Below, piece by piece: positions 12,854-24,583 of a stretch of DNA of 64,000 nt. Each line of letters opens with the position of its first letter. Position 1 is the stretch's first letter. The notes under the pieces are model-generated. The model was not told the DNA's origin, ran no database searches, and saw nothing but the letters and a program-made list of their open reading frames with translations. Both the position numbers and the translations under genes were made by a program. This DNA is from Lama guanicoe (taxonomy: Eukaryota), in the NCBI GenBank assembly GCA_013239625.1, contig MU056000.1, forward strand, positions 9,048,970 to 9,112,969, written 5' to 3'.

Positions 12854-13432
12854 TGTTACCAGGTGGAAGGACCCCTAAGTTAGGAGGCCCACCTAAGTGT
12901 GCGTTCTTGCCACAGGCTGTGAAAGAATTTGCACAGCAGAGGCACAGGGACAAAGCTTTATTGCTCCAAAGGCATAAAGGAAGGAAAGTGCTCCAGCAGG
13001 GAGAAGGGAAGACAAGCACCTGAGAGAGGACGAGGTGCTTGAGCTGGGAGCTGCCAGCCAGGCTGGCTCTGGCCCGGGTCGGGCCATGCGGGCTTTTATG
13101 GGAAGCTTCTGCCACCATGCCCTCCTTCTGGGTGTGATGAGCCAATCAGACCTTGTTTGAGTTTTTTGGTCCTTGTATATGGACTTTTCTAGTTGTTGTC
13201 ATGATAATCATCAACTCTCATGCGCTGGTGAGTGTGTCATTTAGGATGCTCATGCATTCCGATGAGCATGTAATGAGGCTCAAGGTCCGCTGGAAGTCAA
13301 AGCCTCCACCACCTTGGACTCCATCGTTCGAATCAGTTCTTGTTTCTTTCTGCAGCTGTCTCCTGAGACTTAGTCAGTTTCTAGATGAGGGAGGGCAGGA
13401 GTAAGATCCTGGGGGCAACAGCCTTAGTAACA
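12854..13432 (-). mobile_element. ERV1-like solo LTR
   Basis: Terminal inverted TGTTAC..GTAACA; TTTATT (AATAAA on minus) near 12957; GC-rich U3. Confidence 0.8.
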
Positions 13433-13739
13433 AAAAGGAAAGTTGCTTTTAATCAGAATGCCTGCAATCTGGTGGATCCAGCACCCTACCCCCACCCTCC
13501 TCAAATCATCTCCAAAGACTCTGTTCAACCATGAAAGTTCTAAAGGGAGATGAAGGAATAATCCCAGTGAATTGTTGAAATAGGTGGTCAGAGACATTGT
13601 CATCCTTCAGTGCCTGCAGGCTTGTCCTCAACTGCTTGAGCCTGCTCTGCTATGACTCAGGGAGGCCTGGGAGACCAGCCTTTCTATAAATAAGAGGCTG
13701 GGGTTCAGGGGGGAGAGTACAGGGTCCGCCTCCCTTTCA
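13433..13739 (-). mobile_element. Second ERV LTR lacking its U5 end
   Basis: Minus strand begins TGAAAGGGAGGCGGACCCTGT..; ends just after ATTAAAAGCAACTTTCCTTTT where the neighbouring LTR abuts. Confidence 0.7.
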
Positions 13740-16254
13740 TAATAATAGCATGATTTTATTTTGTTTTTTATGTTGTGAAATACAGTTCCTGTTTTAAAAT
13801 ACCTTTGAAATATACTTTGTTCGATAGTTTAAAGTTTTTAAAATATATTTCTTTTCTGATTTACTAACAATCAAAAGAAAAAAAACAGGTAAAGCAAATT
13901 GATATTCATTGAAGTTTAGTGACGTAATTGATGACAATCAGAAATACATTTCCTAAGCAGGGACTGAAATATAGGGATTTTCATGACAAATTTACCACTT
14001 TCCCTGCTATACAATTTTCCTTTTTAATAATTATCATTAAGATTTGACTAATTTTATTAGAACTGTGCAAGAACTTTTTATAAATATAATAACATTTTAA
14101 TATATCATCTTTATAAGAGAATCAGAAAGGAATTGATCATTATGGAGCTCAGTTTGTATCACTTGCTTATTAAATTATCATGATAAAATAATTACAAGTT
14201 AATGCTTCAATCCAATATGAAGGAAGAAATACTACTCAGGAAATACCATTATCTTCACTAGAGAATGATAAAAAAGAACTTTAACTTTTTTTTCTTTTTG
14301 CTGTTATCTGGGTAAAATAAAGTTTAAGTCAAAGAAAGAATCTGTTGAAGTGTAACTTAATCAAGTTTGAACATCACTCATTCCTAATAAGCAACATGAA
14401 CCCTGCAGTGTCTTTTTAATTCCTGTAACTAATTTATCATTCAAATCCACCCTGCCTCTAAGTTATATAGAGTAAATTACAACTTTTTTTTTTTTACTTT
14501 TTCACATGCCCTTTGGCTTATAACTACGTCAAAAATAGATCTGAGTTGCTCAGAAAAAACATGCCTTCATGTCAGAATACATGCCACGTTATTTTTAAAG
14601 ATGTTACAACATGGCTTATTTGACAAGACCACAGAATTTATTTTAAGAAGTGAAAATAGCACATTGGCTTTGATTTTTATTTCTGTATTTAACACAACTT
14701 TGATAGAATAAGCATATTAATTTGTTCCACTGAAAAACTTTATAATTGCTTTTCTATGTGAAGCTATGGAATAATAAGAAAACTGAATCTTTGCCAGAAA
14801 TCTGGATGAAAATGTAACAGACGAACCTCATCTCACGTGTATTCGTGAGCATTACTCAGGCTTCTAATCTGCAATATATAAAAATAGAATCTTTGGTGAA
14901 TGAGAAAATCATCGTTTTTCGTTTTAATTCTTCACATAGCACTGATTAAATACAATAATAAGTGACACAAATACGAATCATAAATGAGAATATAAATGAA
15001 TTATTTTTTAGGTTTTAAGTCTAAAACACTGATTTATTTCATGGGTCCTGAAGATTAATCTGCAGGCATTTGGGACCATACCACTTCTAGTACCAAGAAT
15101 TGTAGATTCTGATGAATTCTCTTATCAGTGAAAAAAGATGGTGAGCCCCCTTCTAATTCTCTTTGTGAGCATATGCTTAGGTATCCATGTCATCTCTTTC
15201 AAGAGACAACACTCAAATTTAATCTGTTAAATATCGATGTTTGTCTGTGGCAAGTTTGTTTAAATAATTAGCTTTGTAAAATGAGACCATAGCTTCAGGG
15301 TTAACCAAGATTAGTTAACCTATGTTGTAGGACAAATTTGAGGTATTCATTAAGTGCTTAAAGAAGGTCCAGAATCATGTCATATGCTGTGCACAGATGT
15401 CTATATTTATTTATTTTACTTTGCTTCTATAGAAAATGTGGACCACACATAAGCCTGGATAATGGGTATTTACTAAATCTTATATTTTATAAAATTGGCA
15501 TTATTTTTTTAAAACTTACTGAAACATTTTTATAATCTGGATTTTGTAAATTTAATAATTCTGAAGAGGAAAACCTAAAACTTAAGGTTGTGTTCATTGT
15601 ACAAGTTTTAAAGTATAAATACAATGCTTCTCTCAAAAATCTTTGCATGTAATTTTATCACTGCCTTGTTTCTTTGCATGAAATTATTAATCACTCTGTG
15701 AGGGCACCGTTGTGTGGCTAATAAAAGTGGCATTCTAATTTTTAAAGTACACAAAATTTCTGTTGGCATTTTAACAAGCAGGTAGGCTTATATTCTATTT
15801 CAAAAGTGCTCCTACTTTTTCATAAAGCTAGTAATTACCATGAAAGCTTTGGGTATCTTGGAAAATCCTTAGACAAATGAATTAAAAAATGATGATGAGT
15901 ACAGCTGAACTTGGCACAGATTAACAAAGTCAATGCACAGCTTAGATCCAACGTTTTACTTTTAGAATATTAGTATGTTTCAATGGACATGTTTATTCCC
16001 AAATTTCAAAAAATCAAAATCTTAGCCAAAGTGTTCCTCCTGAGAATATCTGGAAGCATATGGTTGTACCTCCAAGTGCAGCAAACAGTCAGGACTCCTT
16101 TATAAGGGTCAAGCCTTTGAAGGGATATTTGTAACCCTCTGTGCCAAGTATTTTTCCGTATCTCTGAATGAGCGTGCTATGCTCCTCTGTGCACTGTGCT
16201 ATCCCAGTGTCACATGGAAGAATCGTCTCAGCTGTACTGTCTCTGGATTCTTTT

Positions 16255-16352
16255 TCTTTTTTAATTTTTAATGCATGCAGCGTATTTATTAATTTTATTG
16301 GAGTAAGAACACTTAACAAATCTCAAGTGTGCAATACAGTATTATTAACTGT
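16255..16352 (-). mobile_element. L1MA-like 3' end fragment
   Basis: T-run then TAAGAACACTTAACA..CAAGTGTGCAATACAGTATTATTAACT. Confidence 0.6.
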
Positions 16353-16379
16353 ACTTCAGCTCTTCTCATCTCTCTCTGT

Positions 16380-16505
16380 CAAGAGGTGTATTATTAATAT
16401 AATGTGTCTTAGGATCCAAATCCTGCCTCCACTTTGAATAGGCTACCTGACAGTGAACAAACCAATCAACATTTATGAGCTTCTGTTTACTCATCATTAA
16501 GATAA
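16380..16505 (+). mobile_element. MIR fragment
   Basis: CCAAATCCTGCCTCCACTT..GAGCTTCTGTTTACTCATC. Confidence 0.45.
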
Positions 16506-16509
16506 ATAA

Positions 16510-17802
16510 ATGACAAAGGAGCCTAGAACATACACTGGAGAAAGGAAAGTCTCCTCAGTAAATGATGTTGGGGAAACTGAACAGTCACATGCAAAAGAAT
16601 GAAACTCGACCACTGTCTTACATCGTTCACCAAAATTAACTCAAAATGCATTGAAGATTTGGAACCATAAAACAACTAGAAGAAAACATGGGCAGTACAC
16701 ACTTTAACATCAGTCTTAGTAATATCCTTTTGGATATGTCTCTTAAGAAATGGAAACAAAAGCAAAAATAAACAAGTGGGACTCCATTAAGCTAAGAAGC
16801 TTTTGCATTGCAAAGGAAACCATCAACAATATGAAAAGATAACTATCGAATGGGAGAGGACATTTGAAAGTCATATATCCAATAAGGGGTTAATGTCTAA
16901 AATACACTTTAAAAACTCACACAATTCAACAACATAAAAACAACAACCCAATTAAAAAATGAGCAGAGATCTGAATAAACATTTTTCCAAAGAACATACA
17001 CAGATGGCCAACAGGCACATGAAAAGATGTTCAATGTCACTAATTATTAGAGAAATGCAAATCAAGACCACAATGAGATATCACCTCACACCTGTCAGAA
17101 TGACTATATCAAAAAGACAAGAAATAAGTGTTGGCAAGGATGTGAGAAAAGGAAGCTCTCGTGAACTGTTGGTGGGAATGTAAATTGATCCAGCTGCTAT
17201 GGAGAACAGCATGGAAATTCATCCAAAAATTAGGAATAGAACTACCATATGATCCAGCTTTTCCACTTCTGGGTACTTACCCTCAAAATATGAAAACCAG
17301 TAATTAAAAAAATATATGCATGCCCACATTCATCCCAGTATTATTTACATTAGCCAAGCTGTGGAAATAACCTAAGTCCCCATGGATGGATGAATGGATA
17401 AAGATGCCATATATATATATACATACAGTAAGATACATTCAGCCATTGAAAAAAAGATGAAATCTTTCCCTTTGCAACAACAGTATGGAACTTGAGGGTG
17501 TTATCCTAAGAGAAAAATGTCAGACAGAAAAAGACAAATACCATATGAGTTCAGTCATATATGGTATATATGTGGAAAAAGAACATAGACAAACCATATA
17601 TTACAAATACTTAGATACAGAGAACAGATTGATGCTTACCAGAGAGGAAGAGGGTTGGGGTAGGGAAAAATTAGTAAAGGGAGTGAATTGTATGGTAATA
17701 GCTGGAAACTAGAATTTTAGTGGCACGCTGTAGTGTGCCAGAAGTCCAATTATAATGTACATGGGAAACATGTATACTGTAAATCAGTTACCTCAATAAA
17801 AA
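16510..17802 (+). mobile_element. 5'-truncated L1: ORF2 C-terminal region and 3' UTR
   Basis: ORF 16959-17183 translates to L1 ORF2-like sequence ([29 protein letters not shown]); ends CAGTTACCTCAATAAAAAC. Confidence 0.92.
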
Positions 17803-18628
17803 CAAACCTCAAAATTTTTTTGATAATATTGCCTGTTTATACTCACCCACTAGCAAGTATAATATCAAAAGAAATATCACTCATATGATTAGATGCTAAA
17901 CACTGGAATTCTTGAATATATAAAATGTCTGAATTCAAATCTTTATGTATGAGATGTTTATCTCTAACCTCTGAAGCATCCTCTGAAACAGTGCACAATA
18001 AAATACTTAAATTTCTGTCAGTATTATTTCTCTTAAAATAGAATTAAATAGACAGAAAAATACCAAGAGTTTCTGATTTTCTTCATTCAGCTGTTTAATT
18101 TCCCTAAAACATTAAAAAATGTCTCTTGACCAGACTCATAGACTCAGGTATTCTGCTCTAAGTATTCACTATTCAAGGCAAATAAGAAAAATTTCATTGC
18201 ATTTTATGTAGAGCCTTGCAACTACTGAATCAGAAAATTTGGCATGCCTGCCTCAGACAGGAGAGAGATATAAATAGAATGCATTCAACTTTTTGGAGGC
18301 GCAGTCCCTGTAAAGAGAAAAAATATATATATTTACAGCTATCGGGACAAATGCTTTTCTTGATAAGATGTAAGCTTCTTTTTTTGCAGTTCATCATTTT
18401 GTTCTTCTTACAATAATGCTTATTTTGTTGTCAGTCAACCAGAATGTATACCTGAGATCAGTTTAAAACAGGGCAGTCCCAGCTGCCATACCCACTTCGT
18501 ATTGATAATCTTTTCATGTTATTTGCACAAGCAGCTTGGATCGTTCTAATAGATCAGTAGATCAAACATGAATCATAGAAAGGAGGTTAATAGGTAGTTT
18601 GATAAGAGTCAACCAAATTCACTTGAAC

Positions 18629-18704
18629 TTTCATCAAATTATTGGGATAAATTTCATAGATTATTTGAATAAATTTCATCAAGCTATTTGAATCAATTAT
18701 TTGA
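18629..18704. repeat. Degenerate ~22-24 bp tandem repeat, about 3 copies
   Basis: TTTCATCAAATTATTGGGATAAA / TTTCATAGATTATTTGAATAAA / TTTCATCAAGCTATTTGAATCAA. Confidence 0.7.
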
Positions 18705-18706
18705 GT

Positions 18707-19070
18707 GATGTCACCAAGATGGCAGACTAGAATACTCCAGGCCTGTCCACCAACAAAGGTCCACATTTAGACAGCTTTTCACAAACCAGAACTCTCTGGG
18801 AGAGCTCTGGAGTTCCAATTTAGAAATTTCAGCAACCCAGTAGAAGAAAAATGCCTGAGAATAATCACACAAAAGGGGAAGGAGAAACAACTCCGTTTTC
18901 CCTATATAATCCCATCCACCAAGCCAGCATTGCTCAGTGCCAAGAGGGGACTCCACAGCCAAAAGAGCTTCCCTGGCCTTCCAGGGCACCCCATCCAGAG
19001 ACTGGCAAAGCTGAGATGTAGAGATGGCTAAGAACAAGTGAGAAAAGCAGTTATCAGTGCCAGTCAATGC
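18707..19070 (+). mobile_element. Isolated L1 5' UTR fragment
   Basis: Begins GATGTCACCAAGATGGCAGACTAG, the CAAGATGGC YY1-type motif typical of L1 5' ends; no ORF1 follows. Confidence 0.65.
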
Positions 19071-19277
19071 ATCAGAGCAATCCTTATAAGCAACACGTTG
19101 ACTGATCAGAATTCCAAATCAGATAACATGTGCAATTCACAAAAACAAAAAACATTCATAGCGTTTGCATATAGAAGATGCTAAATAGAGATTAAAAATT
19201 CTTGAGTACCCATGCTCAACATTTTCTGTTCTTTAGTAAGTCAGCATTAGTTGTTTACTTCATAGCAGGTAGGTGTA

Positions 19278-19647
19278 GGGATAGGACCCTTAAAGCATCA
19301 GAATATGACTATACTTGGGGATAGGACCTTTAAAGCAGTAATTAAATTTAAATGATATCATATAGATCCTAATCCAATCTGATTAATGTCCTTGTAACAA
19401 GAGGAAAGCTGTACACACAAAGAGTCACCAGGAACGTGTGTGCACAGAGGAAATAACATGAGCACACCAGGAGAAGGCAGCCGTCTGCAAGCCAAGGAGT
19501 GAGGCCTCAGGGAAGCCAAACTTGCCACAGTTTGATCTTGAGCTTACTTGATCTTACGCCGCTGGAACTGTGAGACAATGCATTCCTAAATGTTTAAGCC
19601 ACCCAGCCCGTGGTATCTTGTTAAGGCAGCTCTAGCAAACTGGTACA
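19278..19647 (+). mobile_element. MaLR MLT1-type LTR, 5' end rearranged
   Basis: GAGAAGGCAGCCGTCTGCAAGCCAAGG..TTTAAGCCACCCAG..GCAGCTCTAGCAAACTGGTACA; GGGATAGGACC(C/T)TTAAAGCA duplicated at 19278 and 19318. Confidence 0.8.
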
Positions 19648-20008
19648 AACACCTTGCTCTGAAGTAGAGGAACCACGAAGCCAGGTGGAAATGGTAATGA
19701 AGAGACAGACATTGGAGCACATACAGGTTAGGCCCATGTTAGCCAGCAGTTAGCAGAAATGCTAGGAAGAGAGGAGTGAACAAGACGACTCAGTCCCAGC
19801 TCTTATCAGTCTTGTCTGCTAAGGAATACAACCTGGATCTTTAACATAAGTACATACACATTAACATGTGTTGTGCACCAAATCCCTGTTCTTTCACTTA
19901 CAGATCTATTCTGATTTGGTAAATGTAGAGACACAGCACTGTTTTTAATAGGTGCACAGTCTTACATTTTATGAGATATAATAGTTTGATTAACAATACT
20001 AATTTTTG

Positions 20009-20275
20009 ATTGGGAGTTCAAGATTTGCAGATACTAACTACTATATATAAAATAGATAAATGACAAGTTTATACTGTATAGCACAGGGAACTGTATTCAT
20101 TATCTTGTAGTAACTTATAATTAAAAAGAATATGTATGTTCCTATACGACTGAAGTATTGTGCTGCGCACCAGAAATTGACACAACATTGTAAACTGACT
20201 ATACTTCAATAAAAATATATTAATAAAAGAATTGTTCAACTAACTTCCCTAGTGATCAGAAATTAAAATTAAAAA
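20009..20275 (+). mobile_element. Lineage-specific L1 3' end with extra 3' tag, nested in an older antisense L1
   Basis: GAGTTCAAGATTTGCAG..TATAGCACAGGGAAC..CCAGAAATTGACACAACATTGTAAACTGACTATACTTCAATAAAA; degenerate TSD at 19995-20008 and 20276-20289. Confidence 0.88.
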
Positions 20276-21869
20276 AATGCTACTTTTTGGCAATTAGACT
20301 GTTTCTAAGCATCACTGTTATAAAAGTTTAAGATATTAGGTTTGCCTGAGAACAAACTTTTACTTCGAGAATTTTTACTGCTACCAGGTTAATGTATTTT
20401 TGGTGTATTAAAGTGGAATTGGGAAAAGTTTCCAAAAACTCTCCGAAGCAATCAATGAACCAGCTCTACAGTGAGCCAGCAGTTTTAAGATGTGACAAGA
20501 CTCTTTATAAAAATTCTTATTATTCAACATATGATTTAAGGAGTGACACTACTGTGAGAATAAATTTAGTCAAACATTGTATTTGTTATTGAAATATCAT
20601 CATATTGCCCATTGAATATTAAGACTGAGATTTCTTGTCATTTTATACAATATTATTAGTGTTTTATTCCTCATTGATTAGTGCACTGAAATTCAGTACC
20701 AATGCGATATGTTTTTGTAATTTTTGGAATATACCTTAATAATTTTATACATAATGAAATGTTGTTTGCTACGTATCACAAATGACAAAAGTCTTAAGAG
20801 AGAGTTCCCTGAAACTGTCATAAAATGTTTATATACTTACTAGAAAATCAAGAAACCTTTTCTTCTTTGCTTTCACTAGTGAAAAGGGTCATTTTGGCTA
20901 AGTTTACAAAAAAACAGGAAACAAATTTCATGTGTTATGAGTTGTTTGCGGATGGATTCAATTTCCTCACTTTCCTTTCATTTTTTTAAAATCACGTTAT
21001 ATTTATTTTCAGTTAGGAGAATAATCTCACTTACAGTCAGTTTAATTTACTAGTTCATGAACTATTCCATTAAAGTATTTTTATTCCATTTTAACAGAAC
21101 TTCAATTCTTCTGCCATTTATATCTTGCCATTAGAGTCTTTTAAGACATCTTTCTTTGAAATGTATTTCTATATATCTGACTAAAGCTTCCTGTAACAAT
21201 GCAATTTCTTTTGAATATGATTCATTCATCTTGTGAACTTCTAAGATGGTGCACATTAGACAGGCTTTGAAAAAGAGACAGGCTAAGTAAAATTCATTGA
21301 CATTTTCTTGGATATATTTGGGTTATCCACCTTTCAGTGTATTTAGAACTGTCATTTTAGGATACCTTCTTTTAATGCAGCTAAATAATTTATGTAGCAA
21401 AAAATACATAATTTTGGGGGGAATAGCATTTGGCCTCCTTATTTTTTCCTGTCTTTTTAAAAGGGGCAGAAGCACCACAATAAAATACACCAAGAATTTG
21501 GATAGTCTTCTCCCAGCCTGGAGAAATTCAGCATATTTTCAAGAGACCCAACAGTTAGTATATAGTATATGATTTGAAAGGAGAACCAAAAGCATGCTGC
21601 AAGAGGAAAACATACAATATGTATGAATAATGAGTTCCTTCTTATGTTTTCTTTGCTTTTGTTAGGTTCTTAGCATCAACCAATTAGCAGATGAGTAAAT
21701 CATGATGAGTCTGCCCAAACGTGTGTATTTTCCAGAGCGGTTTGAGGAAGAGGAGAATATATATTTAAAAAAAAAGATCTGTTATAAAAATGCCATCAAC
21801 CCTGTTTTGAAGTGGCTTGTTATGTGTGTGGTGGCATGTTCGTCTTGCAAATGAACCTCAGGCTTCTTG

Positions 21870-22650
21870 GCTGCGCCTCTGCTTCCTGTCTGATTCTGGA
21901 GCATCTGGGGACAATTTAGGGGGAGTTCAATGTACTCTGTCCTCACTCCTGAGTCAAGGTAGGGGTTGGATTTCTCAGTGTGCTGCACTAGGTTGTTAAA
22001 TTTCAGGCTTCTACCTGGAGTCTGCTGTCTTCATCTGTCTGTCTCTTTTGGGATCCAGGCTAAAGGAGCTCCTTCTCCACAAATTAAGGAGGTCCACTCA
22101 CTTTCCTTCCCTGAACAGGAGGAAGTCCCACCTGTGGCTGCCCCCGGAAGAAGTGATTCTTTATTTCCCACTTCCGGTCTCCAAACATGGAGCAGGTGTA
22201 AAGGAAACAGGGAACAAATAACTGGGACCTGAAATTCTTTGCCTGAGCAAAACAGCCCCATGTTCAAGAGCAGTGGCTTCTATAAGAAAGTTCTGTAGAC
22301 TGGACGCTTTGGCTCTGCCTGCTGTCAGTGGAGTCTTCGCATCAGCGGTGTGCAGGTGCAGGGCAAGGGTACAGAACAAGTGGTAGAGCGCATGCTCAGC
22401 ACCCAAGAGGTCAGGGGTTCAACCCCCAGTACCTCCTCCAAACAGAAATCAATGAAGAAACCTAATTACCTAGCCCTCATAAAACAAACGATGCAAGGAA
22501 TGTGCAGGTGCCTCTGTGACGTCATGTGTTCTAAGGCAGCTTGACCAGAGCTGAGGTTTTCCTCCAGGGGTTTAAGTCTACACTCCAGCACGTTTTATGT
22601 GAAGGTATATTCACCTGTGTGTTCAGGTGTAGGTGAACCTGCGGGTGCAT
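21870..22650. promoter_or_regulatory. Candidate enhancer: GC-richer island with ETS, AP-1, CRE and E-box motifs
   Basis: TGAGTCA 21950; AGGAAGT 22120; CCGGAAG 22144; ACTTCCGG 22170; TGACGTCA 22517; six CAGGTG/CACCTG. Motif evidence only. Confidence 0.35.
22360..22500 (+). mobile_element. tRNA-derived SINE (camelid-like) with 11 bp TSD
   Basis: A/B-box-like AAGTGGTAGAGCG..GGTTCAACCCC then AGTACCTCC and A-rich tail; TGTGCAGGTGC at 22349-22359 and 22501-22511. Confidence 0.9.
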
Positions 22651-23408
22651 CTGAAGATGATTTAAACAATAGTAAACAGATGCTTAAGAATTTCCAGTCT
22701 TGATCACTGTCAAATATTTGCTTCACAAACAGCATTATAAGAAAGCAGGCTTAACGTGCAGTAGAAAGAGGGGAATGTGATGAAAGAAAAAATCCTCAAT
22801 TTAAGAGGGTAAATCCTCTGCGTTGGGAAAATTCTCTAACATCCAAGCTGGCTATCCACCGAGCAGTATTCTGTGGGGAAATTAGCACTCTTTTGACTGT
22901 GCTGTTAGGAATTCTCTAGGCGCCACGAATGGTCACTTTAAAATAGATGAAATTAATCTGGAAAGGCATTTGACTTTGCGCTGTGAGTCTTTTGTGGGTC
23001 CACATGTCTCCAACATTAGGTGCTTTTACACATTCCATGTTAAGGAACTGGCAGATCACCTCCATATACACAAAAAAAGAGTATGCACGGTTGACTAGAA
23101 AAAGTATGTAGTGTCCTGTTTGAAGGTGGAGAAAGCTGTTTCCTGAATCAGAACAAATGGTGCAGTACTGAGATGCTGAAAATACAAAGATCAAGAAATA
23201 AAGTGTCCAAAGGGAGACAGAAGGGCTTAGCAAAAAGATGAAATGTAAATATAACAAGGAAACATCAAGGAAGAAGGGGGTACTGGTGAAGTTAAATCGC
23301 ATATGTGTAAATGCTATAAAGAGGCAGGAATACTGACAGGCCCCTCCTGTGAGAAGGGGTCACTGTATTACACATTTTATTGCTGGCCTGACATGGTTTG
23401 CCACATGC

Positions 23409-23716
23409 TGTTATGTTCAACTTGGAGCAGCGGATGGACCCCACCCCAAATTTGGCTTGGATTTTGAGACTGATGAACACACACACTCCCCCGCCCCAAG
23501 ATGGCATATAAAGGTTTATTACTTATATAACTGATACCTCCAGGGAGAGCAGAACGAGCCCCTCATGCAAGCATGCCACGTCTTGAGAGATAACGGAAGG
23601 AGACTGGCCCGGCTGAGGTCTGGGTGAGCGTTCCTATGGTGGACAGGGGCTTCTGGGGTTGGATTCTCCAGCTGACACCAAAGGAGGGAGCACCCAGGCT
23701 TTCTTATTAGCTTGCT
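23409..23716 (-). mobile_element. Old ERVL-class LTR fragment (MER54/MER74-like)
   Basis: GGACCCCACCCCAAATTTGG..GAGACTGATGA..AAGGTTTATTACT (AATAAA on minus)..GGAGAGCAG; family assigned from memory. Confidence 0.6.
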
Positions 23717-24583
23717 ACATGGGAAAAAAATTCAACGTACTAGACAAAAGATGCCAGGAACACGTTAATGACAAATTTATAGTTAGAAGGAATACAAAAG
23801 TAGTATAAACTGGTTTTATTTTCAAATATTTAATGATCAACGAGTGGTTAAATATACGTAATAGTGATAAAACAAATATAAAATATGTAAATATACATTA
23901 AGGGCATATAAATTGTGTATTATAATATTAAATAGAAAGTTATTTATATATATATGCTTTATTGATATAAATTACACATGATTGATTATAGAAATTAGAT
24001 TGGTAAGGTTTATTTCTGATCAAATTTTGTATTGACGAATTTGTCAGGACTTAAGCAGTCCCTCACTCTATTTATTTTGGGAAAGGAAAATGGAAATAGT
24101 CTATGTAAAGATCAATTTGACAATAAAGTAAATAAATTCTGAAGTGACTGAGTCAACCATTAAGAAATGATTCTGATAGTTTTCAAAACTATGGATACAT
24201 GGCTCTGTCTAAATTGGAAAATTATTATTTACATGTAGAAAATTGGCTAGATACAATCATATTAAGGGATAATATTCATTCATTAAACCTATAGATTACC
24301 TTCGGCATCAAGTATGTAAATACTGAATTTAAAACTGGAGGAGTAAATATAGGTAGATTTGGTTCACTTGGAGTGGGTAGTAGATAAGTAATTTTGATGT
24401 GCAAATTCCAATCCTCTGTCTATGTAGGACTAATGTTACAAAAAGTAACTCTTTTCTGTAGACTGTACCAATAGAGTCAACATAACGCTGGCAGTATTCT
24501 CTGACTATACTGATTTAATTGATTTTAATACTTGTTATTTTAAGGGAATCTGAATTTCTTTCCAAAGAAGAACACGGTGATAT

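Noticed and set aside
16959..17183. ORFs with L1 ORF2 similarity (also 29728-30158 and 62695-62886)
   Set aside because: Fragments of truncated, frameshifted L1 copies, not functional CDS
20871..20884. 14 bp perfect palindrome TTTCACTAGTGAAA
   Set aside because: Several of this length are expected by chance in 64 kb
22361..22435. tRNA-like sequence (also 42030-42100 on the minus strand)
   Set aside because: SINE head with A-rich tail; the first copy has a TSD; no intact cloverleaf evident
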